DNA of 64,000 nt, from assembly GCA_016869235.1 (NCBI GenBank), contig VGER01000005.1:575-64574 (forward strand). The letters are read 5' to 3'. Numbering within the stretch: the first letter of the stretch is position 1; every line of letters starts with the position of its first letter. The notes beneath the pieces are model-generated. The model did not search any database. It saw only the letters and a program-made list of their open reading frames with translations, and was not told the origin of the DNA. Below are positions 43,505-52,723 of this stretch, piece after piece. Origin of the DNA: Alphaproteobacteria bacterium. GTDB lineage: Bacteria; Pseudomonadota; Alphaproteobacteria; UBA2966; CAIVPW01. The position numbers were made by a program, and so were the translations under genes.

Positions 43505-44118
43505 CCGTGCGCACGCGCAGACGAGAGATCACCCGGCAAGACATCCTGCCGCTCGACGCCTACGAGAAGGAGCGCGCGCAGAAGCGCGCCGAGGTGCGCG
43601 CGCAGAAGAAGAACCGCCAGATCGCCGTCGGCCCCTACGCCACCTTCACCTTCGAGACCTACGAGTCGATGTGGGTGCAGGTGCACGAGATGCTGCGCGC
43701 CGAACGCGGCGGCGAGGGCCAGCTCGCCGACGAGCTCGCCGCCTACAATCCGCTCATTCCGCAAGGACGCGAACTGGTCGCCACCATGATGCTGGAGATC
43801 GAGAACCCGGTGCAGCGTTCCCGCGAGCTGTCCAAGCTCGGCGGCATCGAGGAGACGGTGCGGCTGCGCTTCAGCGACCAAATCGTCACGGCCATGCCCG
43901 AGCAGGATGTCGAGCGCACCGATCCCGAGACCGGCAAGACCTCCTCGGTGCACTTCCTGCACTTCCCGTTTTCCGACGAGCAGATCGCCGCCTTCCGCGC
44001 CGAGAACACCGAGGTGGCGCTGGAAATCCGCCACGCCGCCTACCGCCATTCCGCCGGCCTGTCCGAGGACATGCGCCAGGCCCTGGCCGGCGACTTCGAC
44101 ACGACGCTTGTGCACTGA
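43501..44118 (+). CDS. DUF3501 family protein
   Basis: VGPYATFTFE, QVHEMLRAE, ELAAYNPLIP and KTSSVHFLHF; ATGA overlap with the upstream gene; typical rbr-RFO context. Confidence 0.88.
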   Translation: MTVRTRRREITRQDILPLDAYEKERAQKRAEVRAQKKNRQIAVGPYATFTFETYESMWVQVHEMLRAERGGEGQLADELAAYNPLIPQGRELVATMMLEIENPVQRSRELSKLGGIEETVRLRFSDQIVTAMPEQDVERTDPETGKTSSVHFLHFPFSDEQIAAFRAENTEVALEIRHAAYRHSAGLSEDMRQALAGDFDTTLVH

Positions 44119-44125
44119 AGACTCG

Positions 44126-44235
44126 CCTCATCCTGAGCTTGTCGAAGGATGAGGCTCACGATCTCATGCGTCGCGCGGGACGCGCGGTGGGAGCGCGGAG
44201 CGCGCCTTCGGCACGACGACGAGCTCAGCATGAGG
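44126..44235. repeat. REP-like palindromic repeat, family A
   Basis: CCTCATCCTGAGCTTGTCGAAGGATGAGG ... CGACGAGCTCAGCATGAGG, matching 10507-10578. Confidence 0.75.
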
Positions 44236-44260
44236 ACCTGTGCGTGATATCCTAATACCG

Positions 44261-44891
44261 ATGGCCCGGGGGAACGCCGTCTTTGTCGCCGCCGCCTTCG
44301 CGGGGGCGCTCTTCGCGTCCGCCGCCGCGCGCGCACAGGACAAGGCCGTCGACATTCCGACGCGTCCCAACGTCACGGTGCGGTCCATCGCGCTTGCTGC
44401 GGAGGGAAGTCCGCGCGGCACCATCGTGCTGCTGGCGGGCGGTAGCGGGATGCTCGACATCGACCGCAACGGCACGCCCACGGCGGACGCGCGTCTCAAC
44501 CAGCTCGTGCGCACGCGCGCCGATTACGCCAAGGCCGGGTACGCGGTCCTGGTGCCGGACCTCGCTCTCGATCTCCGGCGCCTCGCCTCGCCGCGCGAGT
44601 CGAACCAGCACGCGGCTGACCTCGGCGCCATCCTCGCCCACGCCAAGACCTTGGCCGAGCCGGTGTACCTGGTGGCGACCAGCAACGGCGCCGTCTCTCC
44701 CGCTGCCGCGCGATCGCGACGCGTTCAAGGCGCTGTTGCGCAACGCGCCCAAGGTCGAGTTGCAGACCCTGCGCGGCGGCGAGCCGGAAGACACGCGCGA
44801 GCCGTGCAGCGCCCTCAACTACCACGGCTTCTCGGGCATCGACGTCGAGGTGGTGGAGGCGGTCATTGCCTGGCTGCAGGCGCAGCGCTAG
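44261..44891 (+). pseudogene. Exported alpha/beta hydrolase with a frameshift and apparent internal deletion at about 44700
   Basis: Signal peptide, VLLAGGSG and nucleophile-elbow-like YLVATSNG are in one frame. The C-terminus EPCSALNYHGFSG..AWLQAQR* is in another. Confidence 0.65.
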
Positions 44892-44900
44892 CCGCCCGGC

Positions 44901-45374
44901 CTAATCCAGCGTCTCGTTCGGGTACACGCCCCAGATCTGCTCGCGCGGCAGCCAGCCCTTGTGGCCGGCGACGTCGAGGCGGCAGTAGGCGCCACTGCAC
45001 GCCAGCACCTTGGCGATGACGCCGGGCTCCGCCTGCGCCACCGGCACCGCCGTGGTCGCCGCACGCGTCAGCGTGCGCACCTCGCCGCCGGTGATGATGG
45101 CGTGGCGGTCGCCCGACAAAAGGTTCTGGTGCACCCAGCCCTCGACGCCGTCGATGTCGCGCACCTTGCGCCACACGTCGAAGGTGGCGATCACTTCCAC
45201 TGGCAGGCCGGCGCGCACGAACACCCACGCCACCGGGTACTGCATGCCGGGGCCGGTGCGCACGTTCACTTCGCCCGAGCGCAACGACACGAAGCGCGGG
45301 ATCGGCAACGCACCCTGCGCCCACGCGCCCGCCGTCATGCCGGCCAGCGCGGCTGCCAACCACACCACCTTCAT
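44901..45374 (-). CDS. Exported bacterial SH3 domain protein
   Basis: LPIPRFVSL..VNVRTGPG..YPVAW and WRKVRD.DG.EGWVH; tandem SH3 domains. Confidence 0.9.
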   Translation of the reverse strand: MKVVWLAAALAGMTAGAWAQGALPIPRFVSLRSGEVNVRTGPGMQYPVAWVFVRAGLPVEVIATFDVWRKVRDIDGVEGWVHQNLLSGDRHAIITGGEVRTLTRAATTAVPVAQAEPGVIAKVLACSGAYCRLDVAGHKGWLPREQIWGVYPNETLD

Positions 45375-45504
45375 GGAGGTAAGTGAATCACGCGTCGGCG
45401 GCCGAAACAATGGCCGGAAACAATGGCTTGTCGCGTTTGGCGGGCTTGGCCGCCCATGCTAGAGAGGGCCGCAAGGTTCCCCTCGATCCGGAGGCGCCCG
45501 CGGT

Positions 45505-46500
45505 ATGACCGTGACTTCGAAGAAGCCCGACGTCGTCGTCACCCGCAAGCTGCCCGAGCCGATCGAGGTGCGGATGATGGAGTTGTTCCGCCCGCGCCTG
45601 AACACGGACGATCATCGCTTTACCGAGGCCGAGCTGATCGACGCGGTGCGCACCGCCGACGTGCTGGTGCCGACCGTCACCGACCGCGTCGATGCCGCCG
45701 TGCTGCGCGAGGCGGGACCCAGGCTCAAGCTGATCGCCAACTTCGGCACGGGCGTGAACCACATCGATCTCAAGGCCGCGGCCGAGCGCGGCATCACCGT
45801 CACCAACACGCCAGGCGTGCTCACCGAGGACACCGCCGACCTCACCATGGCGCTCATCCTCGCCGCGCCGCGCCGCATCGGCGAGGGCGAGCGCCTCTTG
45901 CGCGCCGGCAAGTGGGAAGGCTGGGGCCCGACGTTCCTCCTCGGTCATCGCATCGCCGGCCAGCGCCTCGGCATCATCGGCATGGGGCGCATCGGCCAGG
46001 CGGTGGCGCGCCGCGCGCTCGGCTTCGGGCTCACCGTGCACTATCACAACCGCAAGCGGGTGCCCGAGGCGACTGAGGAGGAGCTGCAGGCGTCGTACTG
46101 GGAAGACCTCGACCAGATGATCGCCCACATGGACATACTCTCGGTCAACTGCCCGCTCACCGAGCAGACGCGCGGCATGCTTTCGGCTGCGCGACTCGGC
46201 CGCCTGCAGCGTCACGCCGTCATTGTCAACACGGCGCGCGGCGAGATCGTCGACGAGGACGCGCTGTGCGACCTTCTGGAGAAGCGCCTCATCGGCGGCG
46301 CCGGGCTGGACGTCTTCCAGAACGCGCCGCGCGTCAACCCGCGCCTCTTGAAGCTCGAGAACGTCGTGCTGACGCCGCACATGGGCTCGGCCACCACGGC
46401 GGGACGCGTCGCCATGGGCGAGAAGGTCATCATCAACATCAAGAGCTTCGCCGACGGCAACGCGCCGCCGGACCGCGTCATCGCCGGAGTGACGACGTAA
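45505..46500 (+). CDS. D-2-hydroxyacid dehydrogenase (glyoxylate reductase/D-glycerate dehydrogenase)
   Basis: TNTPGVLTEDTAD, GMGRIG, NTARG, GLDVF and TPHMGSAT. Confidence 0.93.
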   Translation: MTVTSKKPDVVVTRKLPEPIEVRMMELFRPRLNTDDHRFTEAELIDAVRTADVLVPTVTDRVDAAVLREAGPRLKLIANFGTGVNHIDLKAAAERGITVTNTPGVLTEDTADLTMALILAAPRRIGEGERLLRAGKWEGWGPTFLLGHRIAGQRLGIIGMGRIGQAVARRALGFGLTVHYHNRKRVPEATEEELQASYWEDLDQMIAHMDILSVNCPLTEQTRGMLSAARLGRLQRHAVIVNTARGEIVDEDALCDLLEKRLIGGAGLDVFQNAPRVNPRLLKLENVVLTPHMGSATTAGRVAMGEKVIINIKSFADGNAPPDRVIAGVTT

Positions 46501-46514
46501 GGCCCCCGCGCGCC

Positions 46515-47315
46515 ATGTCGTTCGACGTCGAGCGCGCGCGAGTTCGGGGCAGCCTTGGATTTCGGTCGCACCACCGGCGACTACCGCCGCTTCCGGCCAG
46601 GCTTCCCGCCGGCGTTCTTCGACGAGTTGGCGCGCCGCGGCTGGGTGCGTTCCGGCATCGACGCGCTCGATCTCGCCACCGGCACCGGCAACCTCGCGCG
46701 CGGACTCGCGCGCGCCGGCGCCGCGGTCGCCGCAGTGGACATCGCCGCCGAGCTCATCCACGTCGCCGACGCCATCGACGACGCCGCCGACGTCAAGGTG
46801 CGCTACGTGCGCGCGCCGGCCGAGGACACCGGCCTGCCCGCTGCCGCGTTCGATCTGGTCACCGCCGGCCAAGCCTGGCACTGGTTCGGCCGTCCGCGCG
46901 CCGCGGCGGAGGCGCGCCGCATGCTCAAGCCCGGCGGGCGCATCGTCATCGCCCACTTCGACTGGCTTCCCCTGCCCGGCAGCCTCGCCGAGGCGACGGA
47001 GGCGCTGATTCTCGTGCACAATCTCGGCTGGCCGCTCGCCGGCGGCACCGGCATCTACCCGCAGTGGCCCAAGGACCTCATCGTGGCAGGCTTCGCCACC
47101 ATCGAGACGTTCTCCTTCGATGTCGCGGTGCCGTTCACCCACGAGCAGTGGCGCGGCCGCGTGCGCGCCAGCGCTCCCATCCAGGGCTCGCCGTCAGCGG
47201 AGGAGGTCGCGGCGTTCGATGAGACGCTCGCCGAGCTCTTGCGCGGGCGATTCGCGCCGCGCAGCCGCTGCCGGTGCTGCACCGCTGCTGGGCCGTGTCC
47301 GGCGTCACGCCATAG
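46515..47315 (+). pseudogene. Class I SAM methyltransferase with probable frameshifts at about 46535 and 47255
   Basis: DFGRTTGDYRRFRPGFP, LDLATGTG and FDLVTAGQAWHWF. ATG 46515 and the C-terminus PLPVLHRCWAV..* (47315) lie in neighbouring frames. Confidence 0.7.
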
Positions 47316-47422
47316 TGCGATGGGCGCAACTCCGTAGTCCTCCCTACGCGTCGCGACCGATGCGCGCGCTGGTCCGCGTGGATAGCGTAGCCATCTCCGC
47401 TCGCTGCCCTGGGAGTCGTTCG

Positions 47423-47959
47423 ATGCTGCTGAAGAGCAGTCCTGACCGCTACGGAGCCGTCGCGGTTTCGCTGCACTGGCTGACCGTCGTCCTGATCCTG
47501 ATCCTGCTCTGGTCTGGGTTCCTGGCCGGCGAGGCCGAAGGGGTGCGCAAGGCGGTGTTCCTGCGCGCCCACGTCCCGCTCGGCGTCACCGTATTGCTGC
47601 TCACCCTCTTCCGCGTCGTCTGGTGGCGGCGGTTTGATCCGCTGCCGCACGCGGCGGCGGGCGTTCCCGTCTGGCAGGAGCGGTTGGCGCGCGGCGTTCA
47701 CGTGACGTTGTACGTCGTCCTGTTCGCCATGGCGGCGAGCGGCATCGCCATGATGGTGCTGAGCGGTGCGGCGCCAGCGCTGTTCGGCGGAGGCGCCGCC
47801 GTGCTGCCGGACTTCGCCGACTATTCGCCGCGTGCTCCGCACGGCGTGGGCGCGTTCGCGTTGATCGGGTTGCTGGCGGCGGACGCCGGCGCCGCGCTCT
47901 ACCACCACTTCGTGCGCCGCGACGCGGTGTTGCGGCGCATGTGGTACGGCACTCGCTAG
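47423..47959 (+). CDS. Cytochrome b561 (CybB/YceJ-like)
   Basis: RYGAVAVSLHWL, HVPLG..LFRVVW, HVTLY and AALYHHFVRRD.VLRRM. Confidence 0.88.
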   Translation: MLLKSSPDRYGAVAVSLHWLTVVLILILLWSGFLAGEAEGVRKAVFLRAHVPLGVTVLLLTLFRVVWWRRFDPLPHAAAGVPVWQERLARGVHVTLYVVLFAMAASGIAMMVLSGAAPALFGGGAAVLPDFADYSPRAPHGVGAFALIGLLAADAGAALYHHFVRRDAVLRRMWYGTR

Positions 47960-48231
47960 CCCGAGTCGGTCATCGCTGCGTGCATCCCGCGTGCCGCGCC
48001 GGGGATGAGGAATAGGTCCATCACCAGCCACACGCTCAGCACGGCAAGGATGGCGACGCCGACGCCGATGAACGCCGTCAGAAGGCCGGCGACGAACATC
48101 GCCAGCTGCGCGGCGGCAACCTTGCGGCGGCCGAGATAGAAGTTGTGGATGCCGAACCACCCTGCCAGGCACCACAGGGCGTAGGCGACCGCGACGCGCG
48201 CTCGCGGCGTCGCGGCGGCCGGCGCGCTCAC
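47956..48231 (-). CDS. TM2 domain membrane protein
   Basis: AYALW..GWFGIHNFYLG and WLVMDLFLIP; GTGA overlap with the upstream gene. Confidence 0.82.
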   Translation of the reverse strand: MSAPAAATPRARVAVAYALWCLAGWFGIHNFYLGRRKVAAAQLAMFVAGLLTAFIGVGVAILAVLSVWLVMDLFLIPGAARGMHAAMTDSG

Positions 48232-48416
48232 GGGTGCGGCCGCACCTGACGCAGCGAAACGAGCACGATGTACGCGGTCGCGGCCGCGATGGCGGCCGTG
48301 TTGGCGGTGAAGAGCTCGTGCCAGGCCGCGCCGACCAACACGCCGATGCCCAGCAGCGCCAGCTTGAGGACGCCGATCTGCCACCACGTGAACGTGTAGG
48401 AGCGAAAGAGATTCAT
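48228..48416 (-). CDS. Small two-TM hypothetical membrane protein
   Basis: 62 aa, hydrophobic; GGAG SD before ATG 48416; coupled to the TM2 gene. Confidence 0.65.
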   Translation of the reverse strand: MNLFRSYTFTWWQIGVLKLALLGIGVLVGAAWHELFTANTAAIAAATAYIVLVSLRQVRPHP

Positions 48417-48444
48417 GGCTTGGCTCCTGCAGAGAGAAGCGTCG

Positions 48445-49284
48445 CTACGCCGCCGGCACCTCGCAGAACTCCTCGCCCGGTTGGGGGTGGCCGATTAGCG
48501 ATTGCGACAGGTTCTTGATGATGGGCGTGGGCCCGCACAGCGCGCACTTCGCATCGCGCCGCACCTTCACCGTGCGCCACGCGGCGTTGAGCGCGTCGTA
48601 GATGACGAGCTTGCCCGACAGGCTCTCGCCGATGCCGACGATCTCCTTCAAGACCTCCACCGCCTGCAGCGATCCCACCACGCCGGCGAGCGCGCCGAGG
48701 ATGCCGGCCTCGGCGCAAGAGGGCGCCAGGCCCGGCGGCGGCGGCTCGCGATAGATGCAGCGGTAGCACGGATTGTCGCCCGGCTTGTGGGCGCGGAACA
48801 TGGCGATCTGGCCGTCGAACTGCGACAGCGCGCCCGAGACCAGTGTCTTCTTGGCGAAGAATGCCGCGTCGTTGACCAGGAACCGGGTGGCGAAGTTGTC
48901 GGAGCCGTCGGCGACGACGTCGTACTGCGAGACGAGCGCCATGGCGTTGGCCGCCGTCAGCCGTTCCGTGTGCGCTACCAGGTTGACGTCCGGGTTCAGC
49001 GCTTTCACGGCCAGCTGCGCGCTCTCGGTCTTGGGCATGCCGACGCGCTCGGTGATGTGCAGGATCTGGCGCTGCAGGTTGGACAGGCTGACCTCGTCGA
49101 AGTCCACCACGCCGATGGTGCCGACGCCCGCGGCGGCCAGGTACATCACCAGCGGCGAGCCGAGGCCGCCGGCGCCGATCACCAGCACGCGGGCGTTCAA
49201 CAGGCGCGCCTGCCCCGGCCCGCCCACTTCCTTCAGGATGATGTGGCGCGCGTAGCGCTCGATCTGGTCGTCGCGCAGGTCCAT
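48445..49284 (-). CDS. moeB: MoeB/ThiF family adenylyltransferase
   Basis: RYARHI, GAGGLGSP, SNLQRQ, DGSDNF, CYRC and CALC. Confidence 0.93.
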   Translation of the reverse strand: MDLRDDQIERYARHIILKEVGGPGQARLLNARVLVIGAGGLGSPLVMYLAAAGVGTIGVVDFDEVSLSNLQRQILHITERVGMPKTESAQLAVKALNPDVNLVAHTERLTAANAMALVSQYDVVADGSDNFATRFLVNDAAFFAKKTLVSGALSQFDGQIAMFRAHKPGDNPCYRCIYREPPPPGLAPSCAEAGILGALAGVVGSLQAVEVLKEIVGIGESLSGKLVIYDALNAAWRTVKVRRDAKCALCGPTPIIKNLSQSLIGHPQPGEEFCEVPAA

Positions 49285-49291
49285 GGAGGCT

Positions 49292-50284
49292 TTACATGTT
49301 CTCGAACAGCGCAGTGGACAAGTAGCGCTCGGCGAACGAGGGCAGCACGGTCACCACCACCTTGCCCGCCATGGCGGGGCGGCCGGCGACCTCGAACGCC
49401 GCGGCGAGCGCCGCGCCCGACGAGATGCCGCAAGGAATGCCCTCGAGCTTGGCGGAAAGGCGTGCCGTTCCGAACGCAGTCTGGTTGCCGATGGTGATGA
49501 CCTCGTCGATCAGCCCGGTGTTGAGGATGGCAGGCACGAACCCCGCGCCGATGCCCTGGATCTTGTGCGGTCCGGGTTGGCCGCCCGACAGCACAGGGCT
49601 GCCCTCCGGCTCCACCGCGACCATGCGCACGCCGGGCTTGCGCGCCTTCAACACCTCGCCGACGCCGGTGAGCGTGCCGCCGGTGCCGACGCCGCACACC
49701 ACCACGTCGACGGTACCGCCGGTGTCGTTCCAGATCTCCTCCGCCGTGGTGAGGCGGTGGATGGCCGGGTTGGCCGGATTCTCGAACTGCTGCGGCATGA
49801 AGGCGTCGCCGATGGTGCGGATGATCTGCTCGGCGCGGGCGATCGCGCCCGCCATGCCCTGCTCGGCGGGCGTCAGCTCGATCTCGGCGCCGAGGAGCTC
49901 GAGCATCTTGCGCCGCTCCAGCGACATGCTTTCCGGCATGGTGAGGATCAGGCGCCGTCCCTTCGCCGCCGCCACGAACGCCAGCGCGATGCCGGTGTTG
50001 CCCGACGTCGGCTCGACGATGACGGTGTTCGGCCCGAGCTTGCCGTCTTTCTCGGCCGCCCCGATCATCGACAGGCCGATGCGGTCCTTCACCGACGACA
50101 GTGGATTGAAGAACTCCAGCTTGCCGAGGACGTCGGCGGTCGCCCTGAAATGCGCCGACAGCTTCGGCAAGCGCACCAGCGGCGTGTTGCCGATGGTGTC
50201 CAGGATCGAGCCGAAGACGCCGCCGCGCCCCGGATTGATCTCCTTGCGGCGCCCACGGCCTTCGGCTCGTTCTACCTTGTTCAC
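49292..50284 (-). CDS. cysK: Cysteine synthase A (O-acetylserine sulfhydrylase)
   Basis: [33 protein letters not shown] and ERYLST. Confidence 0.97.
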   Translation of the reverse strand: MNKVERAEGRGRRKEINPGRGGVFGSILDTIGNTPLVRLPKLSAHFRATADVLGKLEFFNPLSSVKDRIGLSMIGAAEKDGKLGPNTVIVEPTSGNTGIALAFVAAAKGRRLILTMPESMSLERRKMLELLGAEIELTPAEQGMAGAIARAEQIIRTIGDAFMPQQFENPANPAIHRLTTAEEIWNDTGGTVDVVVCGVGTGGTLTGVGEVLKARKPGVRMVAVEPEGSPVLSGGQPGPHKIQGIGAGFVPAILNTGLIDEVITIGNQTAFGTARLSAKLEGIPCGISSGAALAAAFEVAGRPAMAGKVVVTVLPSFAERYLSTALFENM

Positions 50285-50296
50285 GAGCGGCCCCGG

Positions 50297-50755
50297 TCAG
50301 ATGTCGAACTGCACGCGTTCGGCGGTGCGGCTGTCGACGCCCTTGGCATGGGCGCGCTGGCACAGGTCTTCGATGGTGATGGTGTTTATTTTGCGCATGA
50401 AGCTCTCGCGCACGTCGCGCCACAGCGGCCGGATCACCTTCTCGGCAAGGTCCGAGCCCGGCTCCATGTTCAGCAGATCGCGGGTGGTGAGCTCGGTGCT
50501 GTATACCACGCGCAAGATCTCGCCCACGGTGATGCGGCGCCGCTCGCGCGCCAGGCGATAACCTCCGCGCGGCCCGCGCACACCCTTCAGCACGCCGGCG
50601 CGCACCAGTTTCTGCATCACCTGCTCGAGGTAGCGCTGCGGGATTCCCTGCCGTTTGGCGATCTCGCGCGCTTGGGTGGGATCTGCGCTCGAGTTGTAGG
50701 CGATGTCCACGACCGCCTCCAAGGCATAGAGCATTTTGCGGGTGAGCTTGATCAT
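50297..50755 (-). CDS. Rrf2 family transcriptional regulator (CymR-like, no Fe-S Cys triad)
   Basis: RYLEQVMQKL and GVRGPRGGYRLA; a single Cys; ends VQFDI. Confidence 0.92.
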   Translation of the reverse strand: MIKLTRKMLYALEAVVDIAYNSSADPTQAREIAKRQGIPQRYLEQVMQKLVRAGVLKGVRGPRGGYRLARERRRITVGEILRVVYSTELTTRDLLNMEPGSDLAEKVIRPLWRDVRESFMRKINTITIEDLCQRAHAKGVDSRTAERVQFDI

Positions 50756-50785
50756 ACCAGACGTGCTCCGCTGCCAGATTGACGC

Positions 50786-51277
50786 CTAATCTTGAACTTC
50801 CTCGAGAGTCTGCCCCATCGGCGAGTCGAGCCCGGTGGAGCCAAACCCGCCGGCGCCGCGCGCCGTCTCGTCGAGCGCGCCGCGCTTGACCTCGACGCGC
50901 TGGTAGCGTGACACCACGAGTTGCGCGATGCGCATGCCCCGCCGCACGGTGAACGGCACCGGCCCGAGGTTGGCGAGCAGCACTTGCACCTCGCCGCGGT
51001 AGTCCGTGTCGATCGTGCCCGGGCTGTTCAGCACTGTTACGCCGTACTCGAACGCCAGGCCCGAGCGCGGGCGCACCTGCGCCTCGTGACCCTCGGGCAG
51101 CGCGATGCGCAATCCGGTCGGGATCAACGCGCGGTCGCCCGGCTCCAGCACCACTAGCTGCGGCACCGCGGCGGCGAGATCCATGCCCGCCGCGCTCTTC
51201 GAGCGGTACTCGGGCAGGCCCAGGTCCTCGGTGCCGGGTAAGCGGTCGACGATGACGACGGGCTTCTTTGCCGTCAT
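50786..51277 (-). CDS. dut: dUTP diphosphatase
   Basis: AGMDL, RPRSGLA, GTIDTDYRGE and RGAGGFGSTG; ATGA overlap with coaBC. Confidence 0.97.
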   Translation of the reverse strand: MTAKKPVVIVDRLPGTEDLGLPEYRSKSAAGMDLAAAVPQLVVLEPGDRALIPTGLRIALPEGHEAQVRPRSGLAFEYGVTVLNSPGTIDTDYRGEVQVLLANLGPVPFTVRRGMRIAQLVVSRYQRVEVKRGALDETARGAGGFGSTGLDSPMGQTLEEVQD

Positions 51278-52533
51278 GCCGCCGGCGCTCCTCGCGCGGC
51301 ATCCTTCTCGGCGATCGCCGTGGCGATGCGCTCCGCCAGGCGGTCGGCGACCTGCGTCTTGTCGAGGGTCGGCCACGACTCGGCGCCGGCGGCGGTGACG
51401 ATGTGAACGGTGTTGCGTCCGCCGCCTAGCACGCCCGTGCCTGGCGACACGTCGTTGGCGACGATCCAATCGGCATTCTTGCTGGCGCGCTTGTGCGCGG
51501 CGCGCTCGATCAGGCGCGCGGCGTCCGACTCCGTCTCGGCGGCGAAGCCCACCACCAGCGACGGCCGCGCCGGGCCGGCCTGGGCCAGCGTGCCGAGAAT
51601 GTCGGGATTCTGGATGAGAGCGAGGCTCACGCCCTGCGCGCCTTGGCCCGACTTCTTGAGCTTGCCCGCTGCCGGACGTTCCGGGCGCCAGTCGGCGACC
51701 GCGGCGGCGAACACGGCGATGTCGGCGGGCAGCGCGGTGCGGCAGGCGTCCAGCATCTCGCGGCCGGTCTCGACGCGCCGCACTTCGACGCCGGCCGGAG
51801 CGGCCTCGGCCGTCGGCCCGGTAACGAGCACCACGCGCGCGCCGCGGCGCGCCAGCGCGGCGGCGATGGCGTGCCCCTGCTTGCCCGACGAGAAGTTGCC
51901 AAGGTAGCGCACCGGATCGATCGCCTCGCGCGTCGGTCCCGACGTCACCAGCGCGGTCTTCCCGGACAGGGTGTGCGCGGCGTCGCTCAGCAGCGCCTCG
52001 ACCGCGGCAACGATCTCGTCCGGCTCGACCATGCGTCCGGGCCCGACCTCGCCGCAGGCGAGGTCGCCGGCGGCGGGGCCAATCATCTGCACGCCGTCGC
52101 CGCGCAACGTGGCGACGTTGCGCCGGGTCGCCGGGTGCTGCCACATCTGCACGTTCATCGCCGGGGCGGTCAGCACCGGCTTGTCGGTGGCGAGCAGCAC
52201 CGCCGTAGCGAGGTCGTCGGCTTGGCCGCTCGCCATGCGCGCCATCAGGTCGGCGGTGGCCGGCGCCACCACCACGGCGTCGCAATCGCGCGCCAGGCGG
52301 ATGTGGCCCATCTCGCCCTCGTCGGTGAGCGAGAACAACTCCTGGTAGACCTTTTCGCCCGACAGCGCCGCGACCGACATCGGCGTGACGAACTCGGCGC
52401 CGCCCCGCGTCAGGATGCAGCGCACGCGCGCGCCCTTATCCCTCAGGCGGCGGATGACCTCGAGGCTCTTATAGGCGGCAATGCCGCCGGCGATCACCAG
52501 GAGGACCGTTCGGGCATCGAGGGGACGGGACAC
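51274..52533 (-). CDS. coaBC: Phosphopantothenoylcysteine decarboxylase/ligase
   Basis: GGIAAYKS, APAMN, LACGE, TSGPTREAIDPVRY and VGFAAET. Confidence 0.97.
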   Translation of the reverse strand: MSRPLDARTVLLVIAGGIAAYKSLEVIRRLRDKGARVRCILTRGGAEFVTPMSVAALSGEKVYQELFSLTDEGEMGHIRLARDCDAVVVAPATADLMARMASGQADDLATAVLLATDKPVLTAPAMNVQMWQHPATRRNVATLRGDGVQMIGPAAGDLACGEVGPGRMVEPDEIVAAVEALLSDAAHTLSGKTALVTSGPTREAIDPVRYLGNFSSGKQGHAIAAALARRGARVVLVTGPTAEAAPAGVEVRRVETGREMLDACRTALPADIAVFAAAVADWRPERPAAGKLKKSGQGAQGVSLALIQNPDILGTLAQAGPARPSLVVGFAAETESDAARLIERAAHKRASKNADWIVANDVSPGTGVLGGGRNTVHIVTAAGAESWPTLDKTQVADRLAERIATAIAEKDAARGAPAA

Positions 52534-52723
52534 GGTGCGCTGTCTTCAAGAGGGACGGGAGCCCCAAAAAAAAGCCTCGGCTCCTTGGAAAGTCGACAAA
52601 ATTTCCCAAAAAGCCGTGTGGTTTCAAGGTAGTGCGCCCACGGCTGCCCGGCAAGGCGAATCGCCCTCGGCCGCCAGCGCCCGAGTCCCGCCGGATTCCG
52701 GCCTTCCCAGGACGGAAAGGTGG

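Noticed and set aside
47956-47959. Recurrent CTAG palindromes at gene ends as insertion targets
   Set aside because: They are explained by TAG stop usage and overlapping stops of convergent genes, with no flanking element or duplication.
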